Part shown: positions 1 to 12,444 of the stretch, piece after piece | Numbering within the stretch: the first letter of the stretch is position 1 | Layout of the letters: the number at the start of each line of letters is the position of its first letter | Assembly: GCA_026770705.1 (NCBI GenBank) | Contig: JANJGN010000031.1 | Location: forward strand, 1,054,001-1,118,000 | Source: Isurus oxyrinchus | Taxonomy: Eukaryota | Reading direction: 5' to 3' | Length of the DNA: 64,000 nt | The notes under the pieces: model-generated | Told to the model about the DNA's origin: nothing | Database searches by the model: none | What the model saw: only the letters and a program-made list of their open reading frames with translations | Position numbers and translations under genes: made by a program

Positions 1-870
1 CCTGCGATTACTGCTTTCGAAATCCATGAAAGAAACTCAAATGTGGGTCTTTCATGCAGAAGGTAAGACAGACAAGGTTATGCAACCTGTCCTCATGATT
101 TAAAACCGTAAACGCAGGTATAATTCTGTTGAATAAGCTTTGTACTCCCTCCAGGTCCAATTCATCCTTCCTGAGGTGTCTGCCCCGAATGGAAAGAAGG
201 ATTCCCGAAGGAACTTGCTCTGGGTTCCCTCCAATGAGCCAGAACTTCCTCCGTTTCGCCTTCTAGTTCCCTTCAAGTAAAAAATCCATTGGACTGTATG
301 ATTCTTCCTCATACAGCGAGACAACTAATTCCCTTTGCAGCTCCAGACATCCTTGCTTCCCACGAGATAGAACCTATTCTGCTCTATCTTTGTGAGGTCG
401 ACCCTGGATGACTTGAGAATGGTTCACATTAAACTGCATCTGCCGCGCCTTTACCCAAGCTGTCCCCTTTCAAACGCCCCGTTCCGCGCAATAATAAGGG
501 TGGGGCTTTCAATCAGAGGAGGCGGGGCGTGGCCTTTTACACCTAAATCATTTCCTTAAGCTCTTCATGTTTTCCTCAATGATTTTAAACAAGCAGGTCA
601 GCTCCCAACAAGACTCCATCTTCTTGGCTCAGCTCATTTCCTTATTACAGGAAAGGTTTACCAGTCAACATATACGTGGTTTTGAGTTTCCTGAGCTTAT
701 TTCAATGCCAGTGATTTTTTTTATGCAATAACCTGTTTAACAACAATTCTTTATATTTCCTTTCCTTCATTATTCCTTTCCTTCCCTTCCTTTCTTTCTT
801 TCCCTCCTTCCTTCTTCACCTCTAAGATTTCTTCAGTTCTGACCTCCTCCTCACCCTGTCTCTTCCCCAG

Positions 871-1166
871 ACGTGAACTTGCAGCCGATCTGCCAGACTC
901 CCGCCGCTATCTACAAATTTCCTAGGCAGGCAGTGGAACTGAATTGCGAGGTAGAGGGCAGGAGTATCCCTGCTAATTACGGGTACAGACAACACCAGGA
1001 GAAAGTGTCCCAAGTAATGTTTTACTCCAGTAATATCAGCCACGTGAGTTCAGAGGGGCCGGTGGACGGTTTCACCGCCGAGCGACCGACTGGCTCCAAG
1101 TTCAAGCTGCAGTTCTCCACCCTGCGGGCGGATCACTCGGCCATGTATTACTGCGCCTGGCGTCTT
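871..1166 (+). pseudogene. TRBV: TCR beta-type V exon, CAW subgroup; frame open but probably non-functional
   Basis: Pyrimidine tract and AG at 869-870. Translation DVNLQPICQTP..VELNC..NYGYRQ..QVMFYS..FKL..DHSAMYYCAWRL, followed by an RSS. The conserved Trp of WYRQ is Gly (GGG at 981-983). The candidate leader (579-651) has no phase-1 GT donor. Confidence 0.85.
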
Positions 1167-1206
1167 CACAGTGATTTAAAGAGATGGAGTATCTCAAACA
1201 AACACC
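1167..1206 (+). other. Recombination signal sequence with 24-bp spacer
   Basis: CACAGTG at 1167-1173 and ACAAACACC at 1198-1206; the spacer is one base longer than the canonical 23. Confidence 0.85.
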
Positions 1207-2194
1207 AAAGGCGGCAGGAAACGGCTGTGAATGAGGAAACCAGGTCGTGTTGTAAAGAAAGAAAAATTGGGTTTATTTTGCAGAATGAATGTGTTTTTGA
1301 CAAGAAGAAGAGACTAAAAGATAGATCGGGAATATAGAAAGCAAGGAAGGAAAGATGGAATGTAATAAACAAAGGATGAACGACAGAGAGGAGAGAATTT
1401 GTTTGCAATCGATATACTGAAGCTGTGTTGCATTTATCCACAAATACAGCCGAGGACTCCTTAGGACCCTGAAACAGACGACTGCAATTTTTTTATATGG
1501 CACAGCAGGATCCCATTAAGCTCCCTCGATCTTGTTACGTATAAGCAGGCGGAGGTCAACTGCCCCTGACCAGGCAGGAAGAGACCATTTAAAAGACTCT
1601 CGAGCCTGTAGCACAGAAACAGTAGGAGACCCATTCACTCCCTTTGTGCTTGTTACACATGAACGAGAGGAAGCCATTAAGCTCTTTCAATATGTTATAT
1701 AGAAGAGGAAGAGGTCATTCATTTCCTCGTTGCTGTTAAACATGAACAGGCCGAATTCATTCATTTACCCGAACTGCTTTGCCTTTCAATTAGATCATTG
1801 TTAAAATGTGTCTTAATTTAACTTAAATGTATGTTTATTCCATATGTATCTCTTGAAAGCTCCAAGTTCACCCTTAACTCCAAGAAGATCATCAGTCGTG
1901 TGAAGGAATGGAACAGGACATCTGAAAATACCTAGCCTTAATTTCAATGCTTTGCCATCTTGTCTGGATTCAGCCACCACCGGGAACTGTTTCACTTTAT
2001 CAAATGTATCAGCCCTTTTTAACATTTTTCCAATCCTCAATTAGCTAACCACTAAATTTATCTTTCTCAAGCGAAAAGAGTCCAAGTCTATGCCAGTTCA
2101 ACTATCTCCAAATGGCATTACGTTCGCTCAATGCTCCATCATCGATGTCCTATGTATTATCATTGACCAGAATCTCAAGTCAGAGGCTGGGTTT

Positions 2195-2670
2195 TCTGTG
2201 GCAAGTAACTCACTTCTTGACTCCCCAAGGCCTGACCACCGTATACAAGGAACAAGTCAGGAATGTGATGGCATACACTCCACTTGGCTTGATGAGTGCA
2301 GCTCCCATAACACTCGAAGCTAAACACCCTATGCCCAGGGCAAAGCAGTCCGTTGATGGCACCACATCCACTAAAATTCACTCCCTCCATCACCAATGCA
2401 CAGTAGCAGCAGTGTGTACCATCTACAAGATGCACTGCAATAATTCACCAAGGTTTCTTTGGCAATGTGATCCAAACCCGCTACATTTACACCTGGGAGA
2501 GGGGCAGCAGAGACATGGGAACACCACCACCTTCAAATTCCCCTCCAAATCACACACCATTCGGACTGGGAAATACTTAACTCTTCCTTCACAGTCGCTG
2601 GGTGGAAATACTGGAACGCCTTCCCTAAAAGCACGGCTGGTATACCCACACCCAATGGGACTGCAGCTGG
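2195..2670 (+). mobile_element. 3' fragment of a non-LTR LINE ('family 2', CR1/L2 superclade)
   Basis: TVYKEQVRNVMAY motif and downstream sequence are shared with copies at 27700-28260 and 57615-58160. Confidence 0.7.
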
Positions 2671-3010
2671 TTACATAAATAGGGAGGGTTGATGGGGCTG
2701 GAGCATGTTACACAGACAGGGAGCATTGTAGGGGGTGTAGGAAGTTACAAAGTTAGGGAGGGTTGTAGGGGCTGGAGGGGATTCCAGAAATTGGAACGGT
2801 TGGAGTAAGTTACAGAGATAGGAAGGGTGTTATGGGCTGGTAGAGGTTACAGAGATAGGGAGAATTGTAGTGGCTAGAGTTGGTTACTGTGATAGGGAGT
2901 GTTGTAGGTTCTGAAGGTGGTTACATAAATAGGAAGGGGGTTATGGGCTAGTAGAGATGACAGAGGTAAGGAGGGTTGTAGGGGCTGGAGGTACTTACAG
3001 AGATAAGGAA
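2671..3010. repeat. Degenerate ~38-bp G-rich tandem repeat
   Basis: Recurring GGAGGGTTGTAGGGGCTGGAG..GTTACAGAGATAG units. Confidence 0.8.
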
Positions 3011-3054
3011 TGAGTGCGACCATGGCGTGATTTGAGAACAAGGTTAACAGTTGT

Positions 3055-3440
3055 AGTTAAGCATTAAAGTAGAGAAGTCTTGGTAAAACTGCACAGGGAA
3101 TTGGTGAGGCCACACATATGGCAATGGGTTCCATCTTGGTCATCTTACATAAGGAGGGATAAACTTGCATTGGAAATAGTTGAGAGACGGTTCACTAGGC
3201 TGATTCATGGCATGAACCGCTTGTCATATGAGGAAAGGTTGAGCAGGTTGGAACTGTACAGATTGGAATTCAGAAGAGTGAGCAGTGATCTTAATGACAC
3301 AGAACAAAATCTGACGAGACTTAACAGGGTCAGTCCTGAAAGGGTGCTTCCACTCGTCAGAGTATTCAGAACTAGGGGACACAGTTTCAAGATAAGTGGA
3401 CTCTTATTTAAGGCAGATATGAGGAGGAATTTCTCAGGAA
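3055..3440 (+). mobile_element. CR1 LINE ORF2 C-terminal fragment
   Basis: LVRPHI..LEIVERRFTRLI.GM..LSYEERL..L.LY.LEFRR..TRGH motifs. Confidence 0.85.
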
Positions 3441-5188
3441 GAAAAGGAACTGTTAAAGAGGTTTAAAAGCCAACGCTCACAGAAGATATGGAAGAGTACA
3501 AGAGGCAGAAGGGAATAGAAAGGAAGCGATTGCTAGAGAAAGATCCTGGCCATTGAAGAAATATATGAAAGCCTGGGCACCGACGAGGAACAAAGATAAA
3601 TTTCCCACATCATTTGTCCATTTATTTCAAGCAGTTGTTATTCGAAAGTTACGTACAATGAAGAACTCAGGCTGCAGTAACCTCAGTGAGAGAGGATGAA
3701 ATCAAAGGGAGGTGGAGAAAACACTAACCAGCTTGTGAGAGAAGAAGACCCAGAAGAAACGAAGACAGAAGAGGCCACTGTAAATTAAGGAATGAGAGCG
3801 AGCTTCAACCTGGAAGACATCTGGAAAGTGCTGAAAAGAAGAAAAATCGTCTAATAAGTAAAAAGGGATGAGATACCAGCAGAGGTACGCACCTGGATAG
3901 GACAATCAGGCTCCAGCTCCTGAACAACCTGCCCAATGACATTTCAAGAGAATATTGCAAGGGCATTGCAGGCAATGCATTGTTGGCAATTTCAAAGGAA
4001 AGGGAGACACTCAAGACTGTAAAATTTACGGAGGACTTAAACTCCTATCTCCAAGATATGGGAGAAAATCATAGACCAGAGGCTGTGAACAATAATGGAA
4101 ACCTGAAAACAGGGGTATTAACATCCATAGACCAAGGACCCAATAAATGGACTGTTGATTTGAGCCTAGGGAACAGGATCAGAATGAAATGTAGAGGTTA
4201 TGGGAGAGAGAGAGGGAGAGGAAATGTGATGAGGCGAGTGAAGCAGATGGGACTGCAGGGAGGAAGAGGAAAACAAGGGTCAGAGACCAGATGGAAATAT
4301 GTAGCGGAAAGAATGGGGCCGAAAGTGGAACAGATGACAGAGAAGGGGAGATGGAGTAAATAATCACCCAGGCTTTTTGTGACCGCAATTAAGGTGGGAA
4401 ATGTCAAAGAAGGAAAATAAAGAGTTGGCGTTCGGTGGGGGATGGGGGGGCGGAGGTGAGGGTGTGATATCTTCTTATACTCGAACATGAGTCAGACCGA
4501 GTTCTGGACGACAAAGGACTTCAGAGTAAAGGGGAGGACAGGAAAATGGAATTAAGTCCACAATCCCGATTTTATTGAGTGGCGGAACCGGCTCAAGGGG
4601 CTGAAAGGCCTCGTCCTATTCACACTTCCAATGTTCTTATTTGAATCGATTTCCAGTGTAGGTCAGCAAGCACACAGAATTGGGCTCAGCATTCTTGTGG
4701 GACCTGACCAATGTTCTATACAACAAAAGTATAACTACTTCCCTTTGTATACCTTCAGATGAAGAGCAAAAACTCTTTAACGTTGTGAACTCCTCTTGAC
4801 ACCTGTCCACCAGCTTTGAATTATTTGTTCATGTGGATGCAGATTCCTTTGCTCTACCTCCGGCTCTGTTTTCTCTACATTTAAAAATTACAAGCGTTAG
4901 AAACTAGATACCAGAAAGTATCATGCTTAAGTCGAAAGTGGATGACGGCACGTTACATTGTAACTCTTTTGAGCACAAACACGTTTCCATCTGTTCCTAT
5001 TCAGATGAAGTTACATTGTTTCATAGCTTACCATTGTGAGATTTGAACCCTTGATCTTGGGGTTACAAACCCAGTACCACAACCACTTGGATATTTAGGA
5101 TTGTATCTGACCCTACTTTCCCACTCAGTTAATCTGTCTATGAGTCTTTGAGCCCTGAGGTACTCTGGCTCCATGTGCTCGACTTACA

Positions 5189-5228
5189 GCCAATCAGATG
5201 GGCAGGAGCTGTCAATGAGGGATAGAGG
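5189..5228 (+). promoter_or_regulatory. Candidate V promoter module (CCAAT box - CAATGAGG - GATAGAGG)
   Basis: Lies 140-180 bp upstream of the leader ATG; the same motif order occurs at 17243-17278. Confidence 0.5.
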
Positions 5229-5368
5229 GCGAGGTTTTGTCGGTTCAATGCTCTCTTCCAGTTCAGTTGGTTTTGTTGTCACTTCTAGTTAGGGCCTCCC
5301 AAGCAACAGTCTGACAGATAGGGCCTCTGGCTTTGGTTACTCCACCCTCAGGGCCTGTGTCCCGAACC

Positions 5369-5977
5369 ATGCGGATTTCCTTTCTGTCTGGCGTGCTGTC
5401 GCTGATCTTGTTGGCGGGTAAGTAAAGCGAGTGCTCGGAGCCACACCGAGGTCTTTAGGATTTGGAGCAAGAATGTGTAAAAATAGCCTGCAACGCAAGT
5501 ATTTAATGAGAAGAGAGACAGATAGAGAGAGAATGAGTGAATGAAACAGTGAGCGAGCGAAAGAGATAATGATAGAAAGAGATAGAGCGAGTGACAGAAG
5601 AGTATCAGTCACAGAACAATTCATATTTCTGGGGAAATTGAAGTCTCCAGTTTTAATTATCCCTGTTTTATTTCAAGGTCCTGGTGCGCCTCAGAAGATT
5701 GTGCAGTCCCAGCAGTTTGTGTCGGTGAGACAGGGCGAGTCGGTGACTATCCCGTGTACCCAGCACGGGGATGATGCTTACATGTACTGGTATCGCCAGC
5801 TCCCGGACCAGGGGCTCCGGAACCTCTTGTACGCAGTGCAGGAAGGGGATCCAGCCAGGTCGGAAGGGATCACCGAGAGATTTTTCGCCAAGAAGACAAC
5901 AAACGGCAACTTCGACCTGAAGATAGGGACAGTGGAGCGGGCCGACGCGGCTCGATATTTCTGTGCTTGCAGTGATG
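5369..5977 (+). CDS. TRBV: Intact TCR beta-type V segment (leader 5369-5417, V exon 5678-5977)
   Basis: Leader MRISFLSGVLSLILLA followed by GTAAGT at 5418; AG at 5676-5677; phase-1 join. V exon GPGAPQKIVQS..VTIPC..YMYWYRQ..FDLKI..ADAARYFCACSD has no stops. Confidence 0.93.
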
Positions 5978-6016
5978 CACAGAGACATAGTCAGGCTGAA
6001 CCGTGTTACAAAAACC
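5978..6016 (+). other. 23-RSS
   Basis: CACAGAG - 23 bp - ACAAAAACC (consensus nonamer). Confidence 0.95.
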
Positions 6017-6147
6017 TGCCCGTCTCAGGCACTATAAACCCATGAGTTCTAATGTTATATCGGACATGATTCAAGGTGGAGGAATCCGTGTGTCAGAGGG
6101 AAAGTTAGCTGTCCTCCATCTATTATCTACATTAAATATATTATCCA

Positions 6148-6295
6148 CCTGTCTGTCTATCTGTCTGCCTTTCTCTCTGCCTGTCTGTCTGTCTTTCTCT
6201 TTCTGTCTGCCTGTCTGTTTAGCTACATATCTAACCGCCTATCTGTTTATCTGTCCATGTATCCCTCCATCTTATCCATCATTTATCTACCTGCC
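6148..6295. repeat. Degenerate (TCTG/TCTA)n microsatellite
   Basis: Visible tetranucleotide repeats. Confidence 0.8.
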
Positions 6296-7809
6296 TAAAG
6301 TTAATTGATTATAATTGCGCTAACTGATGAAGAAAAATCTGTATCACCGGATATAATGTCCTGCTTTTAAAATATCAACAGTCACATTGCGTTATTTGGA
6401 TAAACGTATTAACACGTCATGAGGCATACGCAGATTTTGAGTGGATCATAGAATGATTTCGCAGGAAAGGAGGCCATTCTACCCACCGTGTCCGTACTGA
6501 CATTGTTAAGGAACGATCCAGTTAGTCCTTGTTCAGTCTGCTTTCACAATCCTTCCAGCTAACGTCATTCACAACATAAGAACTGACTGAAGAAAGCAAT
6601 TCTAATTACCGCCCCCAGTCATCTTAATACATCATTCACTGGAAAAGTTTCTGCCCATTCACTATCGAAAACATCCATGGCTCTATCAAATCTCCGCTGT
6701 GGAGGAGAATGTCGGCTACTCCAATCTCTCCACACAAACTGAAAACCCTGGAAACCCTCACCCTTTCACCATTCTGGCAAACCTTGGCTCAGCCATCTCA
6801 GCTCTAAGGAGAATAACCAACACAAATCGGAAATAAATAATTTCGGAACCTTTAAACGCCTCTGATACAGTGTACAAGGTGTATTCAACAGCGGTATCCC
6901 TGCCCCCTGACAGAGGTTTCAGAATCCGCTGAAAACTGTTAACTCACTTCTCTCAGACAGAAGCCCGCGTTTCAGGTGTTTATGAAATAATCTGTGAGTT
7001 ATTGCCAGCAAAGAATTTAACGCTTTCGTTAATGCAGTGCTGGTGCCTGTTCCGATATGTTAAAAGAGAATCAAAGAACACAAGAAAGCCATTCCTCCCA
7101 TCGAGCCTGTGTTAGATCTGTGTGAAATTAGTACAATTAGACATCCCAATTCCCTTCAAGTAACGCAACAGCAGATTGTTCCATTTCTTTCTCCCTGTCT
7201 GCTCCTGCAGCTTCATCACAAATCCTACTAAATGCTTCAGTGCTGTTCTGCTCAAATACATTCTATATCAGCGAGGTCCACATTCTCACCACTCTCCTGA
7301 ATACCCGAGCGGATTTATTACTAACTATCTTATAGTCATGGTCTCAGGTTTGGTCTCTCCTGTACATTACTTCCCCGCCTCACCCTGTTATTTGCCCAGA
7401 GCGTCCATTTATTGACCAAAATTCTCCCCTTCAATTATTATTTCCATTCCCTTTAGAAAGGTAGAATTGAATTTGCTGCTAACACCCCATCCGGCCGCAT
7501 CTTCCGGAAGTATTCGTTGCCTCCTTATCTCCCGAGGCTTTGCATGCCAATTATCTTAAGTCTGTATCCTCTGGTTTACGACCCTCCTACAGTGAAATGG
7601 CTGTCACTTTAGTAACTCTATCAAAACCCTTCCTTATTGTGAACGCCCCTATTAAAGTTCTATCTGTCATGCTCTGCTCTATCACTTATGTGACGTTGAT
7701 GAACCGCCTGAGGATTGAGTGGAGTGTGGGTTATGAAGTGTGTTATTCGCAACCGTAAGTTTAATCAACTACAGAAGTGTGAGAGCCTTTGAACGTGCTC
7801 CGTTCGTTT

Positions 7810-8550
7810 AGAAACATAGAAACATAGAAAAGAAGAGAAGGTGTAGGCCTTTCGGCCCTTCGAGTCAGCTCTGCCATTCATTAGATCATGGCTGACAATC
7901 CAACTCAATAGCCTGCTCCCGCTTTCTCCACATATCCGTTGACCCCTTTCACCCCACGAGCTATATCTAACTCTTTCTTCAAAATATAAAATGTTTTGGA
8001 CTCAACTACTTTCTGTGAGGCGAATTCTGCAGGATCATAACGCTCTGGGTGAAAAACGTTCTCGTCATCTCAGCCCTAAAGGGTCTACCCCTTATTGTCA
8101 GATTGTGACCCCTGATTCCGGACTCCCCCACCATCGGGAACATCCATCCTGCATCCAACCTGTCCAGGTCTGTTAGAATTTTGTAGGTTTCTATGAGAGC
8201 CACCCTCATTCTTCCGAACTCCAGCGAATATAATCCTAACAGCCTCAATCCTTCCTCATATGTCAGTCCTGTCACCCCAGGAGTCACTCTGGTAAACCGT
8301 CGTTGCGCTCCCTCTATAGCAAGAATTCCTTCCTCAGGGAAGGAGGACAAAACTGCACACAGTATTCCACGTATGGTCCCACCAAGGCCCTTTTTAATTG
8401 CAGCAACTCATCCCTGTTCCTGTACTCGAATCCTCTGGCTATGACGGCCGACATACCAATTGTCTTCTTTACCGCCTGCTGCACCTGCATGCTTACCTTC
8501 AGCAACTGGTGTACAAGGGCACCAAGGCCTCGCTGCACATTCCCCTCAGC
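7810..8550 (-). mobile_element. 5'-truncated CR1 LINE
   Basis: ARGFEYRN..LVGPYVEYCVQF..QRRFTR..YEE.LR.LGLYSLE motifs; (ATGTTTCT)n-type 3' tail at ~7810-7830. Confidence 0.9.
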
Positions 8551-8669
8551 GAAGCAGCCATTATGCTGCTTGAATTTCAGTATCGAGCATTGATTTTGTC
8601 ACTAATTCCACGTAAGTCAAAGTAACAAACTTTTGGATATGTCTTTGTAGCTTTTGCAGTAGAATGCCA

Positions 8670-9045
8670 GTTGTCGTCGAGCTGGTAGTAATCTAGAGAT
8701 TTAAGCTCAGATCCAAGGCGATACTCCCGAGGCCAATGCAGTGGCTATTCGGCACTTTCAGATAAGGCGTTAAACTGATCGGCCCTCTCAGGTGGATGGA
8801 AGTGATCCCTGCGCCAAATTGGTGTGTACTGAGTGCTGAGTGTACTGAGCCAGCGTGTATCTCAGAAACAACACCAAAATGCCCTGGTCATTTGTTCATT
8901 GCTGTTAATGGGAGATGGTTATGCTCAACCTCTCCCCCGCGCTTTTCCCATCACAACAATGACTAGATTTAAATGAACCCTCGGTGGTAAAAATATTTGG
9001 GATTTCAGAGGTCGGGAACAATCTTTATGAATGGATGCCATTACT
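8670..9045 (+). mobile_element. Decayed SINE with Deu-like domain
   Basis: TTTCAGATAAGGCGTTAAACTGA..CCCTCTCAGGTGGA..GATCCC core; related copies at ~10580-11080, 48700-48830 and 50350-50790. Confidence 0.55.
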
Positions 9046-9118
9046 TTTTCTATATATCTTCTCTGCCCTAATCGATTGTTGACTAAAATGAGAATCCAAT
9101 GGATGTTCTATACATTAG

Positions 9119-9413
9119 GAATACTGGCCTCTTACGTGGAGTAGTCGGTTTCTCTGCTATTGATTACAGCAGGGGAAGTCAGCCACATTCTGTTGCACGC
9201 TGATGAATATCGGCTATCCCATATGTTCCGGTACAGACAACAACCAGGTCGTGCATTTGAAACTCTTTTCTATCCTGCGGGAGCAGTGGTTGTCACCAGT
9301 TACACCTCCGAGTCATTTGAGGCAGTCAGGACCAGAAAAAACACTGTTTATTCTGGAACTGAGAGACTCCGCTGCATCTCACGCTGCTGTCTACACCCGT
9401 CCTTGCAGCATCG
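9119..9413 (+). pseudogene. TRBV: TCR V pseudogene
   Basis: AG at 9117-9118. Across frameshifts it reads ILASYVE*S..KSATFCCTL..MFRYRQQPGRAFETLFY..FEAVR/PEKTLFILEL..SHAAVYTRPCS. Very degenerate RSS at 9414-9452 (AACATCT-23-ACAATACAC). Confidence 0.8.
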
Positions 9414-9474
9414 AACATCTTTCGAGAAGCCGGATCCGCAACTACAATACACAGGCATCCAGCGTCATTTTACA

Positions 9475-9490
9475 CCACTAGGTGGCAGCA
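9475..9490 (+). promoter_or_regulatory. Candidate CTCF-binding site
   Basis: CCACTAGGTGGCAGCA matches the CTCF core CCASYAGRKGGCRS at all positions. Confidence 0.65.
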
Positions 9491-11064
9491 TTCGATAATT
9501 TTCTGTCACCTGTGATGAAAGTGTCATAATTGTCAGAATATTTTCTGCTTTATTGTGAAGCAGGTTTAAGGGGGTAAGTACAGTTGAGCATCCGGGAGAT
9601 TTAATTACATTTAGGGTCAAGTAGTCTGCAAGTTTGAAATCATCAAAAGAAGCTAGGTGTTTGACATGCTAATGAGTAAACATGGATGCTGGCTTATCAT
9701 GCAATGTTTGAAGGTAATTTGCATTTTTAGATAAATGAAGAGAAATAGATTTCAAAGGGATCTTACCCTGCTTACCAGTACACAGATAAGCAACGCTAAG
9801 GAGTGTGATATTTTTCCCAAAGGTTACTGACAATATATTGACAGCATGATGGTTTTATTTTATGAGAAAGATGCAGTTTCGAACAATCAGGAACTATATG
9901 ATTTACAAATTAAAAATAGAGAAACAGAATAAAAGGCGAAGTGTCAGAAGGCCATGTATGAACTAAAGAAGTGTGTGAAACAGCTTTTGTGCATAATTCT
10001 GCGAGATAACGAAATTCAAGTTGGGGAAAAGCCATTTGGAACTCCACTTGCAAGTGGGGCACTGTGTTAACATGATAATCCTGTTTTAAGCCTAAAATCT
10101 ATCTTGGAACGTTGCCTCAAAGGGAGTGTAACTGTGGTTCAGAGAAATTAGGAATTTTAGGATTAATATAGCAGTCAGTAACAGTAGTCTTAAGTAAGCA
10201 CTTGAAATCTTTATATTTTGTCAATAAATATTTTATTTTTTAAAAAATCTCTGAAGGTCTTGGTGGCCTCATTACTTCTGAATTCAGTGAACACATCTTG
10301 TAATAAATACGAATTACAAACTGTTGTGATAGAGTGACCAAGTTTCTCTTGTGGATTTGGTCCACTTGGCACACATCATCTGCCACATCATAACAGACCA
10401 TGCATGAGAAAGGACAGCAGGAGTTGTTTTTGCCCATGTTACTGGGTATGGCCCACTTTTTAAGAACTATTCATTCGCCAGGTACCAGGGAAGTACAGTG
10501 CTTCCATCCAACCACAAGTTAGCTCTATGATTAATTATCGATACCAGGTTAAACAGGGACTGATTTTTCACCACATGGTGTCACAGTTGGTTCAGTCGGT
10601 GACTTTCTCAAGTCCGAGTCAGAACGTCTAAGTTTTAGGCCCCCACACTAGAGTCTTCACCAATCTAGGCTGGCACTTCAGTAGGAATAGTGAGGGAATG
10701 CTGCAAGTTTATTATCTGTCCTCATAGGTAGACATAAGAAAGAGACACTTGTATTTAAATACCACCTCAAAGGCCCTAAGAATTCCCCAAAGCACTTTGC
10801 AAAAACTGAATATTTTGCGTTGTAGTTACTAGTCAAATGTAACGGAGTCGAAAGCCTATTTAGGTATAAGAGCTCCCAAAACACAACTTACAAACTGACA
10901 GGTGTCATGTATCAGTGATATTGGTAGAGGAACAAATATTTGCCCATGACACCGCCTAACTTCCCACTTTTCGTCTCCTTGCAGCATCAGTGGAAATGAT
11001 TTCATTGAACATGAGTGCAGTTGTGAATCGGTTTAATACATTATTCGAAAGCCAGCACCACCAA

Positions 11065-11390
11065 CAGTGTAGCAGTTCCTCAGTACTGACCGTCCCACAG
11101 TGCAAGATCCTCTCAGCATCTACCTTCTGATAGTGTAGCACTCCCTCAACACTGGCCCTCCGACCGTGAGGCACTCCCTCAGTACAGACCCCTAGCAGTT
11201 CTACAGCCCCTCATCATTTACCCCACGACAGTGTGGTACTCCCTCAGTACTGACCCTCCGACAGCGCTGTAATCCCTCAGCACTGACTCCCTGACAGTGC
11301 GACTCGCCCTCACTACTGACCCTCGGACAGTGCAGCACTCTTTCACTACTGACACCCCGACATGGCGGCTGTCCCTCACTACTGACAGTT
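11065..11390. repeat. ~31-33-bp SINE-derived tandem repeat
   Basis: ACTCCCTCAGTACTGACCCTCCGACAGTGC-like units; a reverse-complement array of the same unit lies at ~44170-44430. Confidence 0.8.
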
Positions 11391-11973
11391 AAAGTCTAAA
11401 GTCCGCTTCACTCTGTTTCAACTTTCATCCCTGCAGCGCATTCCATGACCACAGGGCGCCCAAAAAATGCTTCACAACTTTTGAAATATTACAATGTATT
11501 TAAGGGCGACAATCATCTTCTGCACAGCAAGATCACAGAAAGAGCAAGACGGTGATAATCAGGTGATTTCGACATTTTTCTTAATGTTGGTTGTGGTGCA
11601 GATCGCGACCCAGGACATTAGATTTTGCAGTCTCCCCGAGTGTGAATGTGTCGGTGCCACATGCATTTGCCCAACTAGCGGTCGTCCTGCCAATTTTCCA
11701 ACGCTCTGACGATAGACACTTGCAGCACTGAAGGAAGCCATTTGGCCCGTCGTGCGCTTGCCGGCCCTCTGCGGAAGTTAGTCCCACTTCTTCGCCTTTA
11801 CCCGGTAGCCCTGCAATCCCTTTCTCTCCAGGTCTTATCCAACTCCCTTTGGAAAGGCACGATTGAATGCTCCTCCATCATGTGTCAGACAGTGTATTCC
11901 AGAACGCAACTGTCCTCAACAACTCAGTTCCACTTTACAATTCCTCAGAATTCCCTCCCTCAACCGCATTCAG

Positions 11974-12444
11974 ATGTCCCATGGTGCGCCAGCGGCGCAG
12001 GTGGTTGTTCCAAATGATTAAGCGGCGGCAAGGCAATGTTTCCAAAACATGTAGCAGTAATGAATACCTGTAGCAGTAATACATTAGCAGTAATACATGC
12101 AGCAGCAATGAATACATGTAGCAGTAATACATGTAGCAGTAATACATGTAGCAGTAATGAATACATGTAGCAGTAATGCATGTAGCAGTAATACATGTAG
12201 CAGTAGTGAATACATGTAGCAGTAATACATGTAGCAGTAATGATTACATGTATTGTTACGAGCAGCTGAGAGACCAGGCCTGAAAGTCACAGTGACCTCC
12301 GTGTCCTTTATCGCGCTAATGCACGAGGAAGAATTCAAGAATGGCTTGAATTCAGGAGGCCGATCTGAAGTCCTGCAGCCTGCAAACACTGAGCGTGGAG
12401 CAGACTGACACGGTGACCTATTACTGTTGAACAGCAAATGCAGA
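11974..12444 (+). pseudogene. TRBV: TCR V pseudogene related to the V at 18 kb, with a minisatellite in CDR1
   Basis: ..QCFQN-[repeat]-SSNDYMYCYEQ../GLKVTVTS..HEEEFKNG/IQEADLKSCSLQTLSVEQTDTVTYYC*; frameshifts and stops. Degenerate RSS-like CCCAGTC..GGAAAAATT at 12445-12484. Confidence 0.8.
12047..12245. repeat. Minisatellite of 12 units of ACATGTAGCAGTAAT(GAAT)
   Basis: Unit lengths 19,15,14,19,15,15,19,15,15,19,15,19 sum to 199 bp. Confidence 0.95.
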
